DNA from: Daphnia carinata
Lineage: Eukaryota
Assembly: GCF_022539665.2 (NCBI RefSeq)
Contig: NC_081332.1
Location: forward strand, 5,766,001 to 5,830,000
Length of the DNA: 64,000 nucleotides
Direction of reading: 5' to 3'
Under the pieces are notes generated by a model. The model saw only the letters and a program-made list of their open reading frames with translations. It searched no databases and was not told where the DNA came from. Position 1 is the stretch's first letter, and each line of letters opens with the position of its first letter. Shown piece by piece: positions 24,001 through 39,800 of this stretch. The position numbers were made by a program, and so were the translations under genes.

Positions 24001-26003
24001 GAAGGGTCACAGACAAGGTTAAAGAGGCCAAGGGAAAAAAAACGAGGAGGGCACACACATATTACACACATACACACGCACAATTCCTCCAACAGTGACT
24101 AATAGAGTCTGGCCTGACCAACAGCTGCTCTTTAATGCGCATATGTAATAAAAAAGAGAGAGAGAGAGAGATGGTCTCCGGACTTTTTTTTTTTTGGCCT
24201 TTCAGAACCAGCATCATCACACGCTGATGTTGTGGTCCATGTTGGCTCTTATCTGGCCAAAGACTCTGCCAACGCCAGTCAATCAAATGAAATGTGAATC
24301 CCCTTCACTGGGCGATAAAGAGTCGTGGCGCGGCTCGATCGCCGAGTCATAACAAGGCTCCCTCCCAATGTTGATGAACCGTGTGATTTGCATCGCCAGC
24401 TGTTTATCTATCATATGTATTCGGGATGAGATTATTATTCCATTCGTTAATGCTCTCTCTCTGGCTTGGCCCACGGATTTTTTTTTTTTTTTTTGCCCCG
24501 GCCATGTATTCAAACGCCAACGCCTCGACACTCGGTAATGAGCATCATAGGACTTGCTTGTCCTGTTATCTTCCTTTTTTTTTTTTTTCAAAAAATAGGG
24601 ACACGGTGCAACAAATCGGTTATCAGGTGATGTATACAAATTCTCAATTTTTGGGGGGGGTACGAGATACTCAAGCGGGCCGGAGCTTCTTGAAAATGTT
24701 GTGGGCAACGTAAAAGGGCGGATAGGTCGAATAGCCCAGCAAGGGGCTGCCCCGGTGAGTCCTCGAATTGATGAACTCAACGGGCAACTTGCTACGCTGG
24801 ATGGCTCTTACAAAAGAAGAGTTCCAGCCTCCTTCTTGTCTCTGTCTTTAAAAAAAAAAAAAGCAAGCACTTGTCCGACAGTTCACATCGCTCACACACT
24901 GAATACAACGGCATTTTTGTATATACACACACACACACACTTGGCCATAGTAACTGTATGACAATCAACTCAGAAAAAGCTAGTAAGAAAATGTACAGAA
25001 GAATGGGCCTGTTTTCATCCATCTTTTATGTGGACTAGCACCGCAAAAAAAGAAGGATGAATTCCTTGTGAATTATTTTCGTTTCAAAGATGGTCAGAAG
25101 TTTTGAAAAAGGAGAAGGCGAAACTCTGTGTGTACATTACACTGCGCTCAGCCAATACAATGAAGAGCAAAATGAAGTCGTTGAACATCGACAAGTGACA
25201 ACAATAAGAGTCTATACATCCCTTTTTCTTCCTTATTATTTTATTATTATGCTTTTATTTTTTTTTTTTGGCTAGTAGAGTCTCGGGCGAGTGCCAGGAC
25301 AAACAAAAGAGGACACACAAAAAAAAAAGGTGAACTCGAAAGACTTGAAAAAAAAAATCACATACAGTGTTGAACACGAGTAGAATTGTGTGAATTTTTG
25401 AATTCATTCTTTGTCCATCTTTCTTATATTTTTTTTTTTTTTTTTGTGTGTGTGCGTGTGTGCCATTCGTCTTTTTTCTCTTTTTTTTTTTTGTTCCCTT
25501 TGAAATTCATACACTGAGCGCTGTGCCTCTAGAAAAATGTGACAAGGGGACTGGAAAAGTGCTGGAACACTGGCGAAAATTCAAGCAAAAAAGAGGAATG
25601 AAACGGCCATAATAAACTGGCTGGACGGACCTCATGCCGTTTGTCTTTTTTAGCACGTTGTGTACAACATCGTAGAGTACACCTTTTCATTCTCATAGTG
25701 TCCTTATACCCTTTGCATTTTTTTTTTTTTTTGGTTCTTTCAAGAAAAAAAAAAAGAACTGGAGCTTTTGACAACGCACAAAAGCTCCATTGTCATCATC
25801 ATCAAGGATCCTTTTTTTTTTTTTTTTTTGCTCTCTTTTTTTTTCCCCCTCGAAACTGTATACAACTCGTTTATTTCTTATGTTTTGTTCAGACTTACAC
25901 CCTCCCATCTATTATTCCGATCATCTGTTTCAAATTAGCGCCATATTCAAGCCGCACACTTCCCACTATATGCTGCTGCTTTGCCTTCTTGCTCCCCACT
26001 GAC

Positions 26004-26042
<39 letters not shown>

Positions 26043-29029
26043 AGTAATCGATGGAGTTTGGAACTTTTCCCTCTTATTCGTCCATCACTGCCTTTTTAGT
26101 TTCGGACAATGACACGCTTTTTTTCTTCTTCTTCTTCTGATTTTATTTCACCTTCCATTCTGTACATAGTCGGAGAGCAACAAACACGCACCGCAACGAT
26201 ATATACAAAGTATACATATAACCCATCATCGTCGCGTCCCCCCTTTTTTTTTTGTGTGTGTGTGTGTACCCTTTTATTTATCAGGTGACAATGATCAACG
26301 ATTTTCCACGAATTCTATACGCATATTTCGAGGATAAAAGCCAAAAAGGACCAGCGGGTGCATATATAAGAATAACACAAATGTTGGTGTACATAGGAAT
26401 TTTTTCTATCTTCTTATTTTATTTTATTTTTTTTCCATGCACGAAGAAGATACCGTGCTGGAACGAAGGAATGTTATGTATACAGTACATATACCCGGGG
26501 CCCATTTAGTTGCGCTTGTCGTTGATTTCAATTCACAAGATGTTCACGTTGCATATAAATATGTATAGGTACATATAGAACGTTGACGATGTCATTTACT
26601 GGGCACAAATAAATCCGGCTTAACTGTACATAGGCGTATCTCGTGGGCTGGAACGGTTTGGCCAACGAGATGTTTTCTCTTGCGACATTACGACGCGGTG
26701 AAATAAGGACGGACGTGGATGACATGCACGTCGGCAACGAGTTGTTGTCGTGCCGTACTGTTTTGATTAGTAGCTACGATGGGCATCGCGATGACGCGAG
26801 CCCCACTGACTCGATCGACGAGGGACAAAATCTTGTTCATCACACAAACAAGCCGTTTGCGAGATGCACGTCAATGTTTTGATTATACTTATGTGTAAGA
26901 GAGACACGATTGCCCTTGGCTGCGATTTCAAATGAATCGTTTATTTATTTTTGATTTTTATTTTATTCTTTTTTCTTTTTTTTTTCGAATTGGATCGCTT
27001 TATTTCGCCTTCGTCCGCCCCCCCCCCCCCATTCCGTTCAAACAGCGCACATTTGACAGTGCACCAGTGATTATTTCCAGCAGTTGGGTTTGAAATTTGA
27101 AACGAAATGACGGTCGAAAAAAAAAAAAAAAGGAAAAAGTACGTCGTCAGCGTGTTGGACGAGGGTCGTCTGATTGCAGTTCGACGTTAATGTCGTCGTT
27201 TCTCGACTTTGAACCAATTGAGCCAGTGGGGGCAGGAACGCTCGTTTGTTGCACACGACACATACAAAAATTGCCTCCTCAATGATGTAGAATTGTAGGT
27301 TATAAACTTCAAACAAGAGCAATCGTTTTTTCCTTTTTTTTTTTGTGCGTGAAACTCTCACGAAAAATGCGCATTTGTTTCTTGAAAACAGAAATAAAAT
27401 AATAACAAGCAGATTTTATGCATAAATGGAAAATAAGCTGTAGGGTCACCACCTTTTGCTTGGCTTCATTTTTATAAATATGATATTGTGTTTAATGGTA
27501 TACATCATCGTCGTGTTCAGCTTGCGTCGATAACGATATTGGGGATCGCTGAAATACAAGGCCCCGGCCGTTGTATTATTCATATCATTAGTTTCGGCCA
27601 ATGATACTATAGAAAAAGAAAACCACGAAACATAACAAAAAAACAACGGCATTTAAATATTTTGGCCTCGTCTGTAACATAAAAAAGAGAGAGAAGGAAG
27701 GGTGTCTCATCGTTATGCGATTACTGTCGTATATCATTTCACAGAGTCTCAAGCGCTGGCGCGCGCGCATATAAATATATTATATAGATATGATATGATA
27801 TCCAGTAAATCTGCAGTATAAATAGGCGTGAACGCGGGATAAGGGTATCTTGCCTTCTGATGAGTTTCCTCGTTTCAGAAAAAAAAAATATTTAGACACA
27901 CCATCACAGCCAAACTGTTTTCTTTTTATCCAACATCCTTTTCCTTTTTTTTCGATCATCTGTTGCTGCTGGAATCAAAATTTATTGGAGTGAAATGTCA
28001 TGACAGGTTTTCAGATGGAAAACTCCACATGACCGTGCAGGAAGGTGGGCTATCTATATAGGCCCCCCAGCAGATTTATAGATAGAAATTTGTTTTGGGC
28101 AGTTCCTAAAAAGTATTTCATTGGCCAAAAAGAACAGCAGCAAGCAGCAACACACTGATGCTGATATCGGAACCCCATAACGATGTATAGCATCCAGCAG
28201 CCGGGGCGACCCGTGTAATCGGGAGTCGTTCTTCTCTACGATTTTTACAATATTATATACCTCCATCTCTCCCCATCCCCCTTTTATGCAAAACCGCGAG
28301 GCACACGGGCGCATATGATGATATGATGATGAGAATCCTGTTGAGAGAAGGGCACGAGCCCGATCTTCATTTTCTTTTTAGCCCCATCAAATGTTGTTAG
28401 AAATTCGAGAAAGAGAGGCGATGAAATGAGCTAAAGAAGAAGAAGAAGAAGAAGAAGAAGAAGAAAAAAAAAAAGGGTTTCATTCGACTGCTGTGGATGC
28501 TCGTAAATTATCGGCAGTATTTTTCGTTTTTTTTTTTTGGTGAGCCTCTCTCTAAAGAAAGAAGAAGGGCCCCAGCGTTTTGATATAAGGACACACGGTG
28601 TGAAGTCGTCTGATGATGAGCCCAAGTGAAACGAATCCCACATCGCGGCAGCTGCGTGCGGTGATTACTATCCTCATAAAAAAAAAAAAAAAAAAAGAAA
28701 TCGAAGAGGAGGATGTTGAATTTAGTAAGTGGAGAGGAGCTAGTGATGATGAGAGGGGAGTGGAAAAATTCCAATTCTTTTTGTTTCCTTTTTTTTTTTT
28801 TTTTTTTTTTTCCTATGCGAAAGGCGAGGGGTTGGAGAAAGGATGTGCATTCGGGATCAACATGTAAATGATGCACACCAGACCCGCGCCGCTGTAGTAT
28901 GTCGAAGGAAAAGGACTGAATATAAAGCTTTAGGGATGGAAAACAGGGGCGGAGTAGCTGTACGGAATTGAAAAGTATGTGCCCATCAGAGGTATGTGGA
29001 TGGGGGGGAGGAGTAGGTTTCGTAGTCGG

Positions 29030-29079
29030 CCAATGGGCGGGCTAAATCCGGCCGTTCCGACTGTTCAACGAGAGCCAAT
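29030..29079 (+). promoter_or_regulatory. Candidate proximal promoter of Emx copy A (two CCAAT boxes and a GC box)
   Basis: CCAAT at 29030-29034 abuts GGGCGGG, with a second CCAAT at 29075-29079, ~450-500 bp upstream of the ATG. Copy B has ATTGG at 47702 and CCCCGCCC at 47749. Confidence 0.3.
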
Positions 29080-29524
29080 CGCATCGGCTAGGCCACGTAG
29101 CGGAGGTGGGTTTTTTTTACACCGTACCACCGACTTGGTTTCCCCCCTCTTTTTTCATTTTTGTTATTCCCTTCTATCCGTTTTTTTTTTTTTTTTTTTT
29201 TTTCCCTTTTGCTCTTGGCTACAAAAAGCCTGGGCTGGCCAGACGGGATCATCACTCGTCTACAGGCTCTCTCGCAGTTCAGACCGTTTCTTATTTTTCT
29301 CCGCTTTCAATTGTCCAGCCCAAAAACAGTGAGTGCAAGTCCAACGAAAAAGGAAGAAAAAATCTCAGCTTTAAATTCAAACAAACAAAAAAAAAAACAA
29401 TTTCTTCAATTAGTTCTTCATTCATCCATCATTGTTTTCTGAATTTTTGGAACGAAAACATTTGCGAAAAAGTTCAAAGTTCACTTGTTTTTGTTTTTTT
29501 TCAAGAGTGTCGAGCGAGTGTGAC

Positions 29525-30762
29525 ATGACGATCTTGACCCCGTCATCGAGCCCCAATAGTTCAAGCTCTTCACCTTCCGGAATGGTTTCCGTTCACCATC
29601 CGTCTCCGCTCTTTGCCAACCAACATCTCCATTTGATGCACTTCAACGGCCTGACCAAGAACAGCAATCAGTTCGCCAACATGATGGAAGACAAGGCGGC
29701 CAACAACAGGACGTCACCGATGACGACAGTGACATCGACCAGCTCCTCTTCTCCGCCAGTTGTTCTCCCGACCAAGCCTAAAATCGGTTTCTCCATCGAT
29801 TCGATCGTGGGCACGGCCAGCGCAAGTTCCAACACACGGCCGGCCTCGTCTTCGTCTTCATCGGCCTCCGACGGCAGCCGTTCGGCCAGCCCGCCCGACG
29901 TGGCCCTACTGCCGGCCGCTACGAACAATCGATTGGTGCATCACGAAAGCGGATTGCAATCAGTCAGCCCTCGTCCGGGCTCGTCCGGTGGTACTCCAGT
30001 GTCCGTCCGTTCTGAGCCGGGCACTTCGCCCATCTCGGCCCCACCTGCGCACCCGCAAATGATGCCCGGATGGCCCCTACCTCACCAACAGCAGCCGCAC
30101 GCTGCCATGAGCCCGGCCTACTTCGAAGCCTTGGCCAGCATGAGAGCTCTGTACGCCCAACAGCAGCAGCAACCGTTCCATCCTCACATGATGATGGCCG
30201 GCCCACCTCCTCCGCCCGGCGCAGGCAATCATCCTTGGTGGCTCTTGGCGCAGGCTCGCCAACAGCAACAGCGGCTTTTGGCCGCCGCGGCCGTTCAACG
30301 TTTCCCCGCCGGTGAGGACATTTGAAATTTTTTTTTTTTTTTTTTAAACTCCCTCCTTTCGAACAAAAAATTCCAACAAGTTCAACGATCTAAACTATTT
30401 TATTTTTTAATTAAAAAAATCAAATAGGTCCCGGTGACTTGGCTGGATTCCTACTCTCGCCCTTCCGCAAACCTAAACGTGTCAGAACGGCCTTCTCGCC
30501 CAGCCAACTGCTCAAGTTGGAGCACGCTTTCGAGAAGAATCACTATGTCGTCGGTGCCGAGCGCAAACAGTTGGCGCAAAATTTGAACCTCACCGAAACT
30601 CAGGTAAATAAGCGTAACCGCTCGCAGCCATCCGAAACCGATCCATTTTCTTCGTGTTATGTCTCGTCTTGCGTGTTCCATTTCTTTCTGGACTCGTTTT
30701 TTTTTTCTTTTTTTTTCTTTTTTTAATTCTATCGAGAAGATGATGCAGCACGACAAACAAAA

Positions 30763-30793
<31 letters not shown>

Positions 30794-31066
30794 TTATTTC
30801 ATTTTCGGTTGTAACAGGTGAAAGTCTGGTTCCAAAACCGTCGCACCAAGCACAAGCGAGTCCAGCAAGAAGGTGACGACCCAGCGCCGGGCAGCGGCGG
30901 TAAGAAATCGGGCGGCAGCAACAACGCCGGCTCATCCGATCAGATGATGAGCGACGACGAAGACAATTCCGACATCGATTTGGAAGTCTCCGACGACGAG
31001 GATTTCCTCCACCATCCGTCGTCGGGCAATCACCCGCATCACGACCGCCGCATGATTTACAGTTGA
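29525..31066 (+). CDS. ems: Emx/empty spiracles family homeobox protein, copy A
   Basis: Exons 29525-30311, 30428-30603 and 30818-31066. Contains the eh1 motif GFSIDSIVG, the homeodomain [58 protein letters not shown] and an acidic tail. Whether it is the ems or E5 orthologue is unresolved. Confidence 0.95.
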
Positions 31067-33442
31067 GTCCCTCCTCTTCTCTCACCAATCCCAAACTGGT
31101 GTCTCCACGTCATCATTCCTTTTGACTTAGATCCATCTTTCTTTTTTCTTTTTCTTTAGTTTCCTTTTTCTTTCATTAAAATTTCAAAATCTGTGCATGC
31201 AAATATGTAAAGAAACAAAACAAAAGAGAAAAGGAGGGCACCGACGGGGTAGAATGTCACCCGATTAGTTCATCCAAAACTCAAAGTGTTTTGGGAATGC
31301 TGTAATCAAGTGTGTTGTGTGTTATCATTTGTAATGCGCCGTGTCAGTGTCGAGCTTAACGTTGTTCTCCCCCCCCCCCCCCCCCCTGGTTTACGTTTTC
31401 GATGTGCTTGTGTACATATCCAGCCCGCGTCCTTTGTTTTTTTGTTTTGTTTTTTTTTTTTGCGCCCCACTTTGCGTTGTGTGTGAATTTTGCCCCCCCC
31501 CCCCCTCATCAGTCAAGAAGATAAAAACAGAAAAAACAAAACAAAACAATTCCAATTTGAAATATAATATACATATTATATACATAGATGTAATAATAAT
31601 TAATAGTTTAAAAAAAGAAAATGAATGATTATGATCATTTGTCCCACCAAAATTGTATACAAGTGCACCAATTTCTTTCGCATCGATATGTGTCCAATAC
31701 ATTCCTCTACATTGGTCAACAACAAAAAACAAAACAAAAACAAAAACATTCGTGACTCGTTTTTTCTTTTTTTTTTTTTTTTTCTTATCCGTTTTTAGGA
31801 ATCACGAATTTTCAATTGTCTTTTCAATTCCCGAGAAATAGTTTTTTTTTTTATTTTTTCGGGGCTTGTCGCTGCATGTTGTGTTGTTTGGTGGTGTCTT
31901 TTGACATCCAATCTCCTTCTCTCGCTCACTTTCAATAATAAGAAATGAGTCCGAGTTTGACACCTGGTCTAACGAGATGGGCGCGCGATCCATTTCGTTT
32001 TTTTTTTCATTTATTTATTTATTTTTTATTTTTTTCAAATATGTATAGATATACACAACAACCGAATACTAGGGGGTAGGTGGAGTGGCCTGGCTGTCAG
32101 CTCGCTGGCTTAAAATACGTGCTACAAAAAAGGAGCGGACAACCATCAGCCAACACACTTGAGGGACTCTCCGAGTTTATACAGAAAAAGAAACGAAAAA
32201 ACGCCAACCAAACAAAGCGCTACACATATACGAACGGTTTTCTAGCGAGAAATCCCCCCCCCCCCCCCCCCCCCCAAAAAAAAGGGGAAAAAAAAAATGA
32301 TTTAGAAACCAAAACAAAAAAAAAAAAAAAAAAAAAAAAACAAGACTCATTACCATACGAGAACGAAACCGTTGCCATGCTGTTAGTTCCGTGGCTACTT
32401 GAAAAGCCAACAACTTTGGAAAACAACTGTGAAATAGAATCATACGTACATAGCGCTATAAAGTAGCAATGCGATTCCCAATTATCACGTGAAAGGCATT
32501 TCGCTAGAAAAAAAAAAAAAATTCGGCATTTCTTTTGTTTCTTTGTTTGTTTTTGGAAACTATTTGTATTTTTTTTTTTGTGTTGTTTCTTCTTTTGGAC
32601 TAGACGATGGCCATAAAGACAAAATGAACTTTGTCCGACATGTATTACACACACACACACACAGGTGTGGGTTTTGAGGGGGGGGAGGGGCGGGAGGGTA
32701 GGGGAGTAGAATAGTTGAAGGTGTTCAGCCAGTTTTTTTTTTTTTTTTTTTCTTTCGCTTCTATTATACGCGGCGAAAGAATTCTCAAAGAAGTTGAACG
32801 GTTGATTGTTTGCGGCCATGATGAATGCCGTGCCAAATGAATCTCCGGCCCGCACTCGTCTAACTAGCCCCTGCCACACTACGGCCATTTTCACGTTCGT
32901 TTTTTTTTTTTTTTTGTTTTTAATGTAATTTTAACCAAACAGTGGTGCGTTTCTATATCATTAGAAACACACGCACACACACACACACACACACGAAAAA
33001 AAAAACAAAAATAAAAAATTTAAAGGGTCTTTCATTTTAGATGGTGTGGCTTCATTAAAAATGAGATATAAAGCGATACAACAAGACAAGAGAGAATGAA
33101 AACGAACATACCAAAAAAAGAGCCATTTGATGATGTCACCAACCGGGTTCTATCCTTCCAAGTCCAAAATTGTTTTTGTTTTTGTTTTTTTTTTTCCCCA
33201 AAAAATAAAGAAAAAAAAAAATGCCGTTGTTGCCTTGTGTGTGTGTTTCATGGTGTGCTGTCACGATGGCTGACTCAAGGTGGAAAATAATCAATCAGCT
33301 AATTGGTGTCGATGGCAATCTCGCGGCGAGCCCTTCTCGGCTCTTACCGGTTACCTAATCTGATCTCAATACAAAATGCTGCGCGCAATTACTTTTCTTT
33401 CAAATCCAAACTGGCGAAATGACGCAATAAATAACTGAAAAG

Positions 33443-33480
<38 letters not shown>

Positions 33481-35349
33481 CAACAACAAACACAATTTTT
33501 ATTTATTTTTTTTTTTTTTCCGAATCGCTTTGCCTGCCTTTCGTGCGTGTGATGTTTGAATGCGTAATCAGTTGGCGAAAGCAGGTTCCTCTATATATTA
33601 TTATTGTTATTATGTTTTCCAAGTTTTTATTTTTGTTTTCATTTCTATTGGCCCCGGAAAAAAAAAAAAACATTTGATTTCGGTTATTTTGTTTTGTCTT
33701 TTGTCTTCGCGACGGTTTACGAGAAACCGAACAACCCCCCCCCCCCCCTCCAAAGAAATTATAAGAACTGGTTCGGCCGGTTTTCCATTTATTTTTTATT
33801 TATTTCTTTTTTTTGTGTGTGTGTGTGTGTTTCTTTCAATGGCGGCGTTTGCGTTCATACGTTTTTTTCGTCTTTTGACTATGATGCAGTGGGCTGGAAA
33901 TACAGAACTTCTCTGTGCGTGTGCGTGTTGTTTTGAAAACGTTGTATTTTGTTGTTATTTTGACGTGGATATAAGAGACGAAAATGCAAAGCGATAACAT
34001 AATGACAGAGTCCACATTAGTCTAAGTCGCCTCAAATGTGTGCTGCAGGTGACTTTTCTTCATAACCGGCTCGTCACTTTTTTTTGTTTTGGTTTTTTGT
34101 TTTGTTTTGTTTTTTTTTTCTATAAAAATTCGCATCACGAAACCGTCCATTTCGAACGAATAGTTTTGTTTTCTTAATAAGAAAAGAAAAGAAAAGAAAA
34201 AAGGTCAACAAGGCGAACAATGACAAGCCATTTTAGTAATAATGACTTTGGTCAACTTGGGACAACGCCACGAAGAAATACGAAAAGAAAAAAGAAAAAA
34301 AAAAAAATATATATATAAAACTAGAACGCACATAAGGTAATTAAAATATTCCCAATGAACGAACATGAAGAACTCGATCCTTTAGAATTATGGAACACCC
34401 AAGAAAACCAGTCGCTTTTGTTTTTTTTATACATCGATTACGCTGGGGAAAGAACATCAGTTGACACGTTCAACATTCCAATATCTTTAAATAAATAAAA
34501 AAAAAATAATAAATAAATAATAATATTACATATTTTTCTTCGCCCTTATAAAATTTAAAAAAAAAATAAGTAAATAAATTGGTGTCCTCCTTCGAGAGGG
34601 AAACTCCAGAAAGGCCTATAGTCTATTGATGTGGAAGCCCTTCTTCTATCACGTACGATTGTGATAGATGTCTTAACCCTCCACCCTATATATATGTATA
34701 TACATGATGGTATATAACCAGTAGAAAAAAAAAATTCTTTCCAGACTGTGAGACGACATCGAACGTGGAAAAGCTGCAGGGGATAAACTTTGGGGGCCCC
34801 TTTTTTTTTTTTTTTCAAACTGGAAATTCATTTGCATAAAGGCAATCAGATCGTGTGGCGTAGTGAGTCACTGGGGAGCGATGACGGCCGATGGCCAATC
34901 AAGTCGGCCGACCGTTAACACATTTTTTGATTTTTTTTTTCTTTTTCTTTTTCCTTCTCTTCTTCTTTATTCATCCTCGTTTCCATCCATCGTGGCCCAT
35001 CAAAGTCAACACTGGATGATTCTATTCTTCACGTCTAATCAGATTTTCTCTCTATTGTGTACACACAACTCTCGATTCCTGACGGATGCTCTCCCTATAC
35101 ATCTAAATTAAATGCAACAAAAAAAAAAAAAAAAAAAAAAAAAGAAAAGAAAGGAGAGATCTAAAACCAGAAACAAACGATTAATAAAAATAAGAAAGAA
35201 AGAAAAAACAAAACAAATACGTTAAATAAGAAAATAGGACTCGGGAGGAATAGACGCATCCGGATAGCGGAAAGACGGGCTTGAGCGGACGATGGGGAAA
35301 TGAATATTTGCATGATGCTTGTAATGTACTTGGAGTTTTTTAATTTTTT

Positions 35350-35380
<31 letters not shown>

Positions 35381-36856
35381 TGTTTCGTATTGGAGCTGTG
35401 CATAAAATCTCGCCCTCTGTGGAGTTCCAGGAATTTATACGCGCAGTTTGTACGAGACGAGTGGAATTTTCATACGGCCAGAAGCAGTTCGTCAGCAAAA
35501 ATGAATAAATGCGCGCCTGCACCGCATTTGGGTCATATCTACAATTTACAAGAGATAAGGGGGGAGGGGGGGGGGGGGAGCATGAAAAAAAGAGCAGACA
35601 GATGGATTGCTGCCTTCCGGAATACACAACAAGATCCGGCGGACCAGACCATCAGAGCAAAGGCGCCCAGATTTTCTGCTGACTTGCTCATCAATTCCTC
35701 AGTGCGTGTGTGCGAAGGGAATAGAATTCGTTTCTTCCATTTCTCTTGCCCTTTTCTTGAGTGTTTATGGCTTACACGTATAAGAGCACAGCCAGTAAAG
35801 TCTGTACATAAATATAAAAAAAAAAAAAAACAAGGGGAGTGCAGCATATTCGAAAAGAAAAAAAATCAAAAGGGAAGCAGGAAATGGGAAGTTTGGGACG
35901 TAGCGGCTTTTTGGCGCCGCATTCAAAAACGAATTTTTTTTTTTTTTTTTTAAATAATATTTTGAAAAATGAATTCAATCGTATAATACGTAACACAACA
36001 GAGCCTTATCCCCCCCCCCCCTAACAGGCTCGTATAGAAAATAAGAAACATCTAGCGCGAAAAGAAATGAATAGGACAAATACATAACAATCAGCCGTGA
36101 TAATACAGCATTGATTAGCTACACGTAGTTCAATAAATTTTTTTTTTTTTTTTTTTGGCGCTGATGTTATTATTAGGTTTGTGATTGTTCGCCTTCCTCT
36201 GTGCGGACGCACTACAAAACTGCGACGTGTGTAACATAGAAGAGAGAGAGAGAGAGAGAGAGACGCTTCGACTTCATTAAATGATGTATTCACATTGGAA
36301 AGTCATTCTCCGGCCATCGATACACGCACACAACAAAAGAAGAGGGGGCCCCTTTTATTATTATTTTTTTTTTTTTTCTTTTGCCAAACTAAACAACAAC
36401 CGATAGAAGAAGCTGACATCGGTGTGGTGTGCGGGTACAGAGAGAGAGAGAGGGGGGAAGGGGAGAATGTCGCCTCTCTATTCGGCCAAAAATAACAATG
36501 ACACTCGGCCGCTGAATGGGGCGGAAAAATGCATGTATCACTGGGTGAAATTGATGTTGACTAGCGGCTACACAAGCTGTAGGCAGTCCACTTTTGTCTG
36601 TACTTGAATGTATATTTTTGAAAGAAGTACTGTATAAGGGGGAACGAAACAGAGAGAGACAACTCCAGAATGGAGAAAAAGAGACATAATTCGGCTACAA
36701 AAGAGACGTGAAATGGCCGAGCGCTGCCGCGTTAGTTCACGCTAATCTGCACCTTGTCAGGACCCCGTCCGAGCGGACAATAAAATAAGGTTCCATCGGC
36801 TCTCTCTCTCTCTCTTACTCTCTATCCCTCCTCTCCCTTTAGAACCATTCAACAAC

Positions 36857-36890
<34 letters not shown>

Positions 36891-39800
36891 GAGCTTATAT
36901 GTATAGAAAGAGAAAGAGGAGAAACGCTCAATGACTTCTTCTCGGCGGGTGATCGTTTTTTTTTTTTTTTTTTTTATAGATTGGGAAACATCTACTCGGC
37001 GCAGGGTCGATTGAACTCTCTTATCCTGTACGTATGTGCTTTGACGGCTATAGCGAGACTTCAGATTGACATCATGGCACATAACTATTTATTTATTTAT
37101 TTGTTTTTTTTTTTTTCGTTTATTTAAAAAAGAAAAAAAAAAAAAAAAAAAAAAAAAGGTTTGGCTCTATTGAAGATGAATTTCGTCCAATGGCAACGGC
37201 CTGCGCATAGCTGCCAAATGATGGTTTGATGAAGTCTCTTTACGTTACGTACTTGCTTGTACTATTAGATGTGTGTGTGTGTGTAATGGTGGGGGTATCA
37301 TATTTAAAGTTGAATACGCAACCCAAAATCCCCCCCCCCTCCCTCTCTCGATCGCTATGGTAAAAAAAAAACAAAAAACAATGTGAATACATTTTCAAAA
37401 ATGGGCCGGCCAGACTAATGTAAATGGACGTCTGTCTAAAGGAAACAACAAAAGAAGTGAATAAACGAAGAGTTAGGTCAGAAGGTCGATAATGAAAATG
37501 TACGTTATTCTATTCGTGTCCGGAATGAGGGGAAGGTGCATACATCACACCAATGCCAGAAATGTCTTGTTTTTTTGTTTTTTTTCATGTGTGTGTGTGT
37601 GTGGAAGGAAAATAATTGAATGTATATTCAGTTACTATATATGCGGCGCACGACGATGATTGCCTACATTGCCATCATTGGATGTAAAATACGCCAACTG
37701 TTTTTGTTTGGTTTTTTTTCTTGTTTGTCTTGCCGGATTTGATTGGATGTTTCGATGCGAAACAGTCGCCATCATTGAAGGTTGGAAAGGTCGTCATTGC
37801 AACAGTTCATTCAGTCTATCTACACTACACAAACAGCAACGTATACTCTTGTTTATAAATCGAGATCATAAATCATTCGATATGCGTATGGATAAGGATC
37901 GGCCCAAGCAATGGCCGCTGAGTTTTTACAGACCTTCTTTTTATTTTTTTTTTAGGAAGGCAAACGAGAAATGATGGGTCAACTGGCATGCAGTGAAGTA
38001 CTTGAGATCGCCAGTTTTTGAACGGGGAAAGAAGGGGGGGGGGGTGTGTGGTGGTGGGCTATTAATATAAAACGCTGTGATGATGAGGCCAGTAAAAAGA
38101 AAAAAAAAAAAAAAAAAACTAACGGGAGCCACAAGTCAGACAAGCCGATATGTGGCGACTTGAAACCTTCGCCTCATAAATCAGCGTTTATTATTATTTT
38201 TTTTAATAGCGACGCGTTTCTTCCAACTGGCCGTTTCTATTTCGTGTGGATGTGCACAGTCAGTTACATCATTAGACACGCCAGATGCCTCATTTTTCAT
38301 GCGAACGTTGTGTTTAACTATCTATATAAATATATTTTGTTTGTATTGAACACAATTTGTTACTTTTAAATGCTGCCAATAGATCAACATTTGTCATATC
38401 CGCACGTTTTTACATAGGGGCATCATTTAAAACGAAAAATACGGCAGAGGTGACGAGGCGGGCGGAGTCAATCCGGAGTCGCTTTTTTAACTCCTCCCAG
38501 CCATCCCTCCCTCTTACGTCATCCCTGCAAAACGAAGGTTAAAATGATAACAATTCATCCGGCAATATTTCTGTAATACCTTACCGCACAAACCCCCTCC
38601 AAAATGGGACATTACGCCGAAGACGAATTATAAAGATATTTATTAAATCTACGTGTCATACACAAGTGCGTTGCATCCAACAACAACAATAAACAACAAC
38701 AACAACAACAACAACAAAAAAAAACAAAAAAACAATTGAATTTGATCGAGAGATGATGCATGCATTTCGTCCGTGTCCGTCTCCATTGAGGCCACGTCAT
38801 CGTTTACACACACCTCCGCGTTTTTGTTTTGTTTTTTCCTTTCTGTGTTGTGCGGAGCTTAGTATTTTTTTTTTTTTTTTTGGAAAGCCCGACATATTGC
38901 CGGATATATCGTAATTGGTAAAAAAAAAAAATAAATAAATAAATAATAATAAAACATTTACAAGTAACAACAGGGGGGCAGGAGGAGGGGTAGAGCTATA
39001 GAAGTGTGTGTGCTAGTAAATAGTTCTACTGCCCACCCAATCTCTCGTTTTTCACGAGCTCTGACAGCAAAAAGGGGGAAAGAAAAAGATATGCAACCAA
39101 CAGACACACACACACATGTAAAATGTGTTGTCCTTATAAGTGGAATAAGCTGTGCACAGTATCCATTTAACACAAGAGGATAGGCGCCCATGCGCAACAA
39201 GACAGAGCTGAGAGTTGCATGTTTTATTGATGATTTTATTATTTCACTGTCAATAATTTATCAAAGAAAAAAAAAAAGAACGGAAAATAATAATAATAAT
39301 CAACAAAGAAAAACACAACATCTTCATTTGATTTTCATTTACCCCCTACGTCTGTTCAGGTTAAATCGTTTTATTTTTTTTTTCCTTATATTCTTTTTTT
39401 TTTTTTCTTCCCCCCCCCCCCCCCTCTCTTCAATCACATTTGCATTTCTCTTAGCTCATTCCCGGTATGCCCGTTCGCCTTGTTTGTCGCAATCACGCGC
39501 ACTTCTTTCGAAACGCCGGTAACCTTTAACACGACAGAGTGGAGGGGGAGGAAGAAAAAAAAAGAAAAAAAAAAAAAAAAAAAAGACTTGGCCGTTTTTG
39601 TTTTTTTTTCTTTTTTTACCTTAGCAAACGAGCAGTTCCCATCATCATCATCATCTCATCGACGCGCTGCTGTTGTTGTCTTGCTGCGTCACGTTATTGT
39701 GGTTGTTGTGTCTCTCTCTCTCTCTCTCAACCCTCTCCTTGTATACGTATTATTCCGTCTTTATTTATGGCGTGTGATTGCCGAAATGAGAGAATCATTC

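Noticed and set aside
29432..29524. N-terminal extension of Emx-A in the ORF track
   Set aside because: It starts at TTG in T-rich UTR-like sequence; the first ATG is at 29525.
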